Under the pieces are notes generated by a model, which was given only the letters and a program-made list of their open reading frames with translations, had not been told where the DNA came from and made no database searches. From Puccinia triticina (lineage: Eukaryota), in contig CP110440.1 of assembly GCA_026914245.1 (NCBI GenBank), positions 744,001 through 808,000 of the forward strand: a stretch of 64,000 nucleotides of DNA, read 5' to 3'. Position numbers and translations under genes: made by a program. Of this stretch, positions 62,301-64,000 are shown one piece after another (within the stretch, counting starts at the first letter, position 1; every line of letters begins with the position of its first letter).

Positions 62301-64000
62301 GATGTTATGCGGGACGACAGCCGGGTCGAGACCTTCATTGCAGATGGTGAGAAGACATGGAAAGAAGATGGTGTGATGATCCACGAACGGTTGGTGTAGT
62401 GAGCCGTGATTGAAATAAAAGAAGAAACTAAAGAGATGTCGTTGTTGGGGAGAAACGTCGGTCGGAAGCCGGATTCTATCAGTTGGCCGAGACTAAGTAG
62501 AGTGCCCGTCATTTCCGGACTGTAGAGGACCTTCGGTATCGTGAGGGTACCAACCCCATTGTCCATCTTCAGGTGTCCACTATGCGTGGCCAGCATCGAT
62601 CCCGTGGACGATGCAAGATTCAGTTTTATTGCATGCCTCAGAGGTTTGATTGAAGAAAACAAATGGAAAGATCCGCTCACGTGGTGGGTCGCCCCTGAAT
62701 CCAAAACCGTGCCTGCGCCGGTCGCAACATTCGCATCCGCGCCCACCGCCGATCGAACTGCCGCATTCTGATTGATGCCGGTGGGTGGGTCGTTCGGTGA
62801 TGCGACCTGGCGGGCGAAACCGGAAGCGGGGCGACCAGGTGTGGGGATATTAGGAGGCGGCAGCTTGGCATCGCTGCGGAGCGTCGGGCAAGACGATCTC
62901 CAATGTCCTTGTCCCCCGCAATAGGAACATGGTTTCCCGTTGAAGATTGTCGGGTCGGTTGGGCCATGGTTCCCTTTCCGTATGTTATTGATCGCAGCCG
63001 AAATGTCGTCGACCGTGGGATTTCCTGGCCTTCCAACTTGTTGTTGTCGCTGGGTTGGTTGGTTGTTGACGTGAGGATTTCGAGGTGGAAGGCGGCCGGT
63101 AGGTTGTTGATACGGTTGTTGCTGTTTGTAGCCGTTCCAACTTGCTTGGTTGTTGGAGAAACCGGGTTGGTGAGAACAAAACACCGATACATTCTGTGGT
63201 TGATTAGCATCAAATCTGTTGCTTTCCCCATAAGCTGATGTGATGATCGTTTGTATGTCCCGTGCCGTGACGTCTTTCTTATCCCCCAGTTGGAGGGATA
63301 TGTTTTGGAAAAGCTGCGATCGGGAAATCGATGTAGGGGTCGGAGCAATAGCTTGCAAGAAAAGACTTTCAACCAGGGGCGGCAGCCCCGCCTGTGCATT
63401 CTTGAGATCGGCAAACACGTCGAATATTTTGTTGAATAGGCCTTGCACCTGAGATGGCTCGGTTGTCGGTCCGGAAATCCGAAATTTGAGGAGTCGATCC
63501 ATGAGTTCCATTTGCCTGAATCGGATGGTTCCCTGAAAGTTTGCCTGGACCGCATCAAAAGCTTCGGTGCCCTTTGTGTGGCGATCGACAAGTGATGACA
63601 GTTCATCGCTGACCGTAATTTGAATGAGGTAAAGGAGGCAATTCTCCTCCTGAGCCGAGATCTTCTTGTAGTTCTCCGGGGAGTCGAAAAACTTCGCATG
63701 ATTCAGGGTCAGTAGGACTACCCGGGACAAGTCCCTTTTCCACTTGTTAAAGTTGGATCCGTCCGCCGTCAATTGCTCGATTTCCGATTTGTACACACTT
63801 GGTTGTTGTAAAAATTTGTTTCTGGGTGTTGGTTCAATCGCGGTGGCTGACGACATTAATTGAACCGGTTGTTCAGGACTCAAAGGTGGTTCAGGAGTGG
63901 GAGTCGATCTTTCCGACGAAGTCTCTGCTGGTGAAGTTTCTCGAGGTACGTTGACTATCGGTTGATATTCCGGTGTCGGGATGTCAATTATGATCGGTAA
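59361..64000 (-). mobile_element. Ty1/Copia LTR retrotransposon; 5' end beyond the window
   Basis: 3' LTR about 59361-59627 (tgttg...caaca) with an adjacent PPT, and an uninterrupted gag-pol ORF. Confidence 0.92.
59774..64000 (-). CDS. Copia gag-pol polyprotein, intact frame open to the window edge
   Basis: CSYCGGQGHWRSSC, LDSGATHH, WHCRLGH, RCDNAKEY...QNGEAER, WIHVDD, WVDANW and NIADFLTK. No stop between 64000 and 59774. Confidence 0.95.
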   Translation of the reverse strand, partial: LPIIIDIPTPEYQPIVNVPRETSPAETSSERSTPTPEPPLSPEQPVQLMSSATAIEPTPRNKFLQQPSVYKSEIEQLTADGSNFNKWKRDLSRVVLLTLNHAKFFDSPENYKKISAQEENCLLYLIQITVSDELSSLVDRHTKGTEAFDAVQANFQGTIRFRQMELMDRLLKFRISGPTTEPSQVQGLFNKIFDVFADLKNAQAGLPPLVESLFLQAIAPTPTSISRSQLFQNISLQLGDKKDVTARDIQTIITSAYGESNRFDANQPQNVSVFCSHQPGFSNNQASWNGYKQQQPYQQPTGRLPPRNPHVNNQPTQRQQQVGRPGNPTVDDISAAINNIRKGNHGPTDPTIFNGKPCSYCGGQGHWRSSCPTLRSDAKLPPPNIPTPGRPASGFARQVASPNDPPTGINQNAAVRSAVGADANVATGAGTVLDSGATHHVSGSFHLFSSIKPLRHAIKLNLASSTGSMLATHSGHLKMDNGVGTLTIPKVLYSPEMTGTLLSLGQLIESGFRPTFLPNNDISLVSSFISITAHYTNRSWIITPSSFHVFSPSAMKVSTRLSSRITSPSYDWHCRLGHVSDPIVKEFLRRFVPSFDLKTWQPFICETCKHTKSERRRHSLPEVIPRDDRLDLLVTDVMGPFDPDINGNRFLLTVRDHATTYSFVYPMKTRSEVPSIISVLVKKIVNHFNSAPRFIRCDNAKEYTVEPLANYLDSVGCKIIFTSPYTPEQNGEAERLNRTLGNIARATLAHSALPSTLWSHAYCCACFLVNRLSNQRCKTSPLEMWCGREPMAHTFYPFGSRATVHIPKERRKKLDQRGWTGYLVGYQDDERGWFFWNPSTRKVVNSECASFLDFRGKPLFPTPDSLANNQIVRRVLTLGKEKTSEICEAQDSCIDNIQAVSDSEIPTTLKAALRSSSSSEWRNACMTEWNQLTNIDTFEVQDKEDKHSIGTRFVFDIKRNADGSVNKLKARFVVRGFKQRLGKDVRSTFAPTASLSTLRMLLNLAIKNKWVINSFDITGAFVHSPIEETIYVDPPVELFPELAGKVLKLKKALYGTRQASRCWWKHFKGLLHGWGFECDEVEECLYRYKREKSVIIVWIHVDDGIVFGSNQADIDLLREKMEATLRVKWDAKPDKLVGICLDYEDDAIFLSQHLLIDQLVSKFKSKVCKTLVPTYTPLSGDNLTTSWGDPMSVTLYQSLIGSINYLALGTRPDISFAVNYLARFSSNPNETHWKELSHLVQYIDTTKSKQLRLKPSGDELVAWVDANWGGEFQRSTSGFVITMFNSPVAWGSRRQKVVATSTCAAEFISLGSSVDFLLFLIPIIHSLDEKPSITIKCDNRAAVLVSDDNASKGRMKSLERNFFFVNDAVREQNINLQWVSTNTNIADFLTKPVRATIHSNLMAKILSS

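Noticed and set aside
62677..63699. 340-aa alternative-frame ORF overlapping Copia gag
   Set aside because: Ser/Arg-rich with no motif, typical of a shadow frame. No evidence of independent coding.

Overview
This is eukaryotic, intron-rich, transposon-dense DNA, most consistent with a rust fungus (Pucciniales, Puccinia-like). That assignment is inferred from gene structure, TE types and CGA>TGA decay, not from a database search. Host genes are two paralogous secreted lipase B (CalB-like) genes on the minus strand (10.1-12.5 kb and 45.5-47.9 kb), the proteasome lid subunit RPN3 (51.6-53.7 kb) and a broken WD40 gene. The rest is nested mobile DNA: a hAT transposon split by a 2.3-kb inversion, a Helitron Rep-helicase with two apparently intact neighbouring genes, two Copia elements plus a gag-only Copia-type element, solo LTRs, an Academ-like (DUF6589-type) transposase relic and many MITEs. 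The most notable observations are: (1) a precisely spliced, intron-free copy of three exons, with one exon repeated, lying just downstream of its own intron-containing template inside the hAT element; (2) three hAT-like insertions with 7-bp CTnnnAC target duplications; (3) three LTR-like insertions that all duplicate CCGG; (4) a codon-exact inversion that can be reversed on paper; (5) putative OB-fold accessory genes beside the Helitron; (6) a gag-only LTR element. Coordinates were counted by hand and may be off by a few bases.
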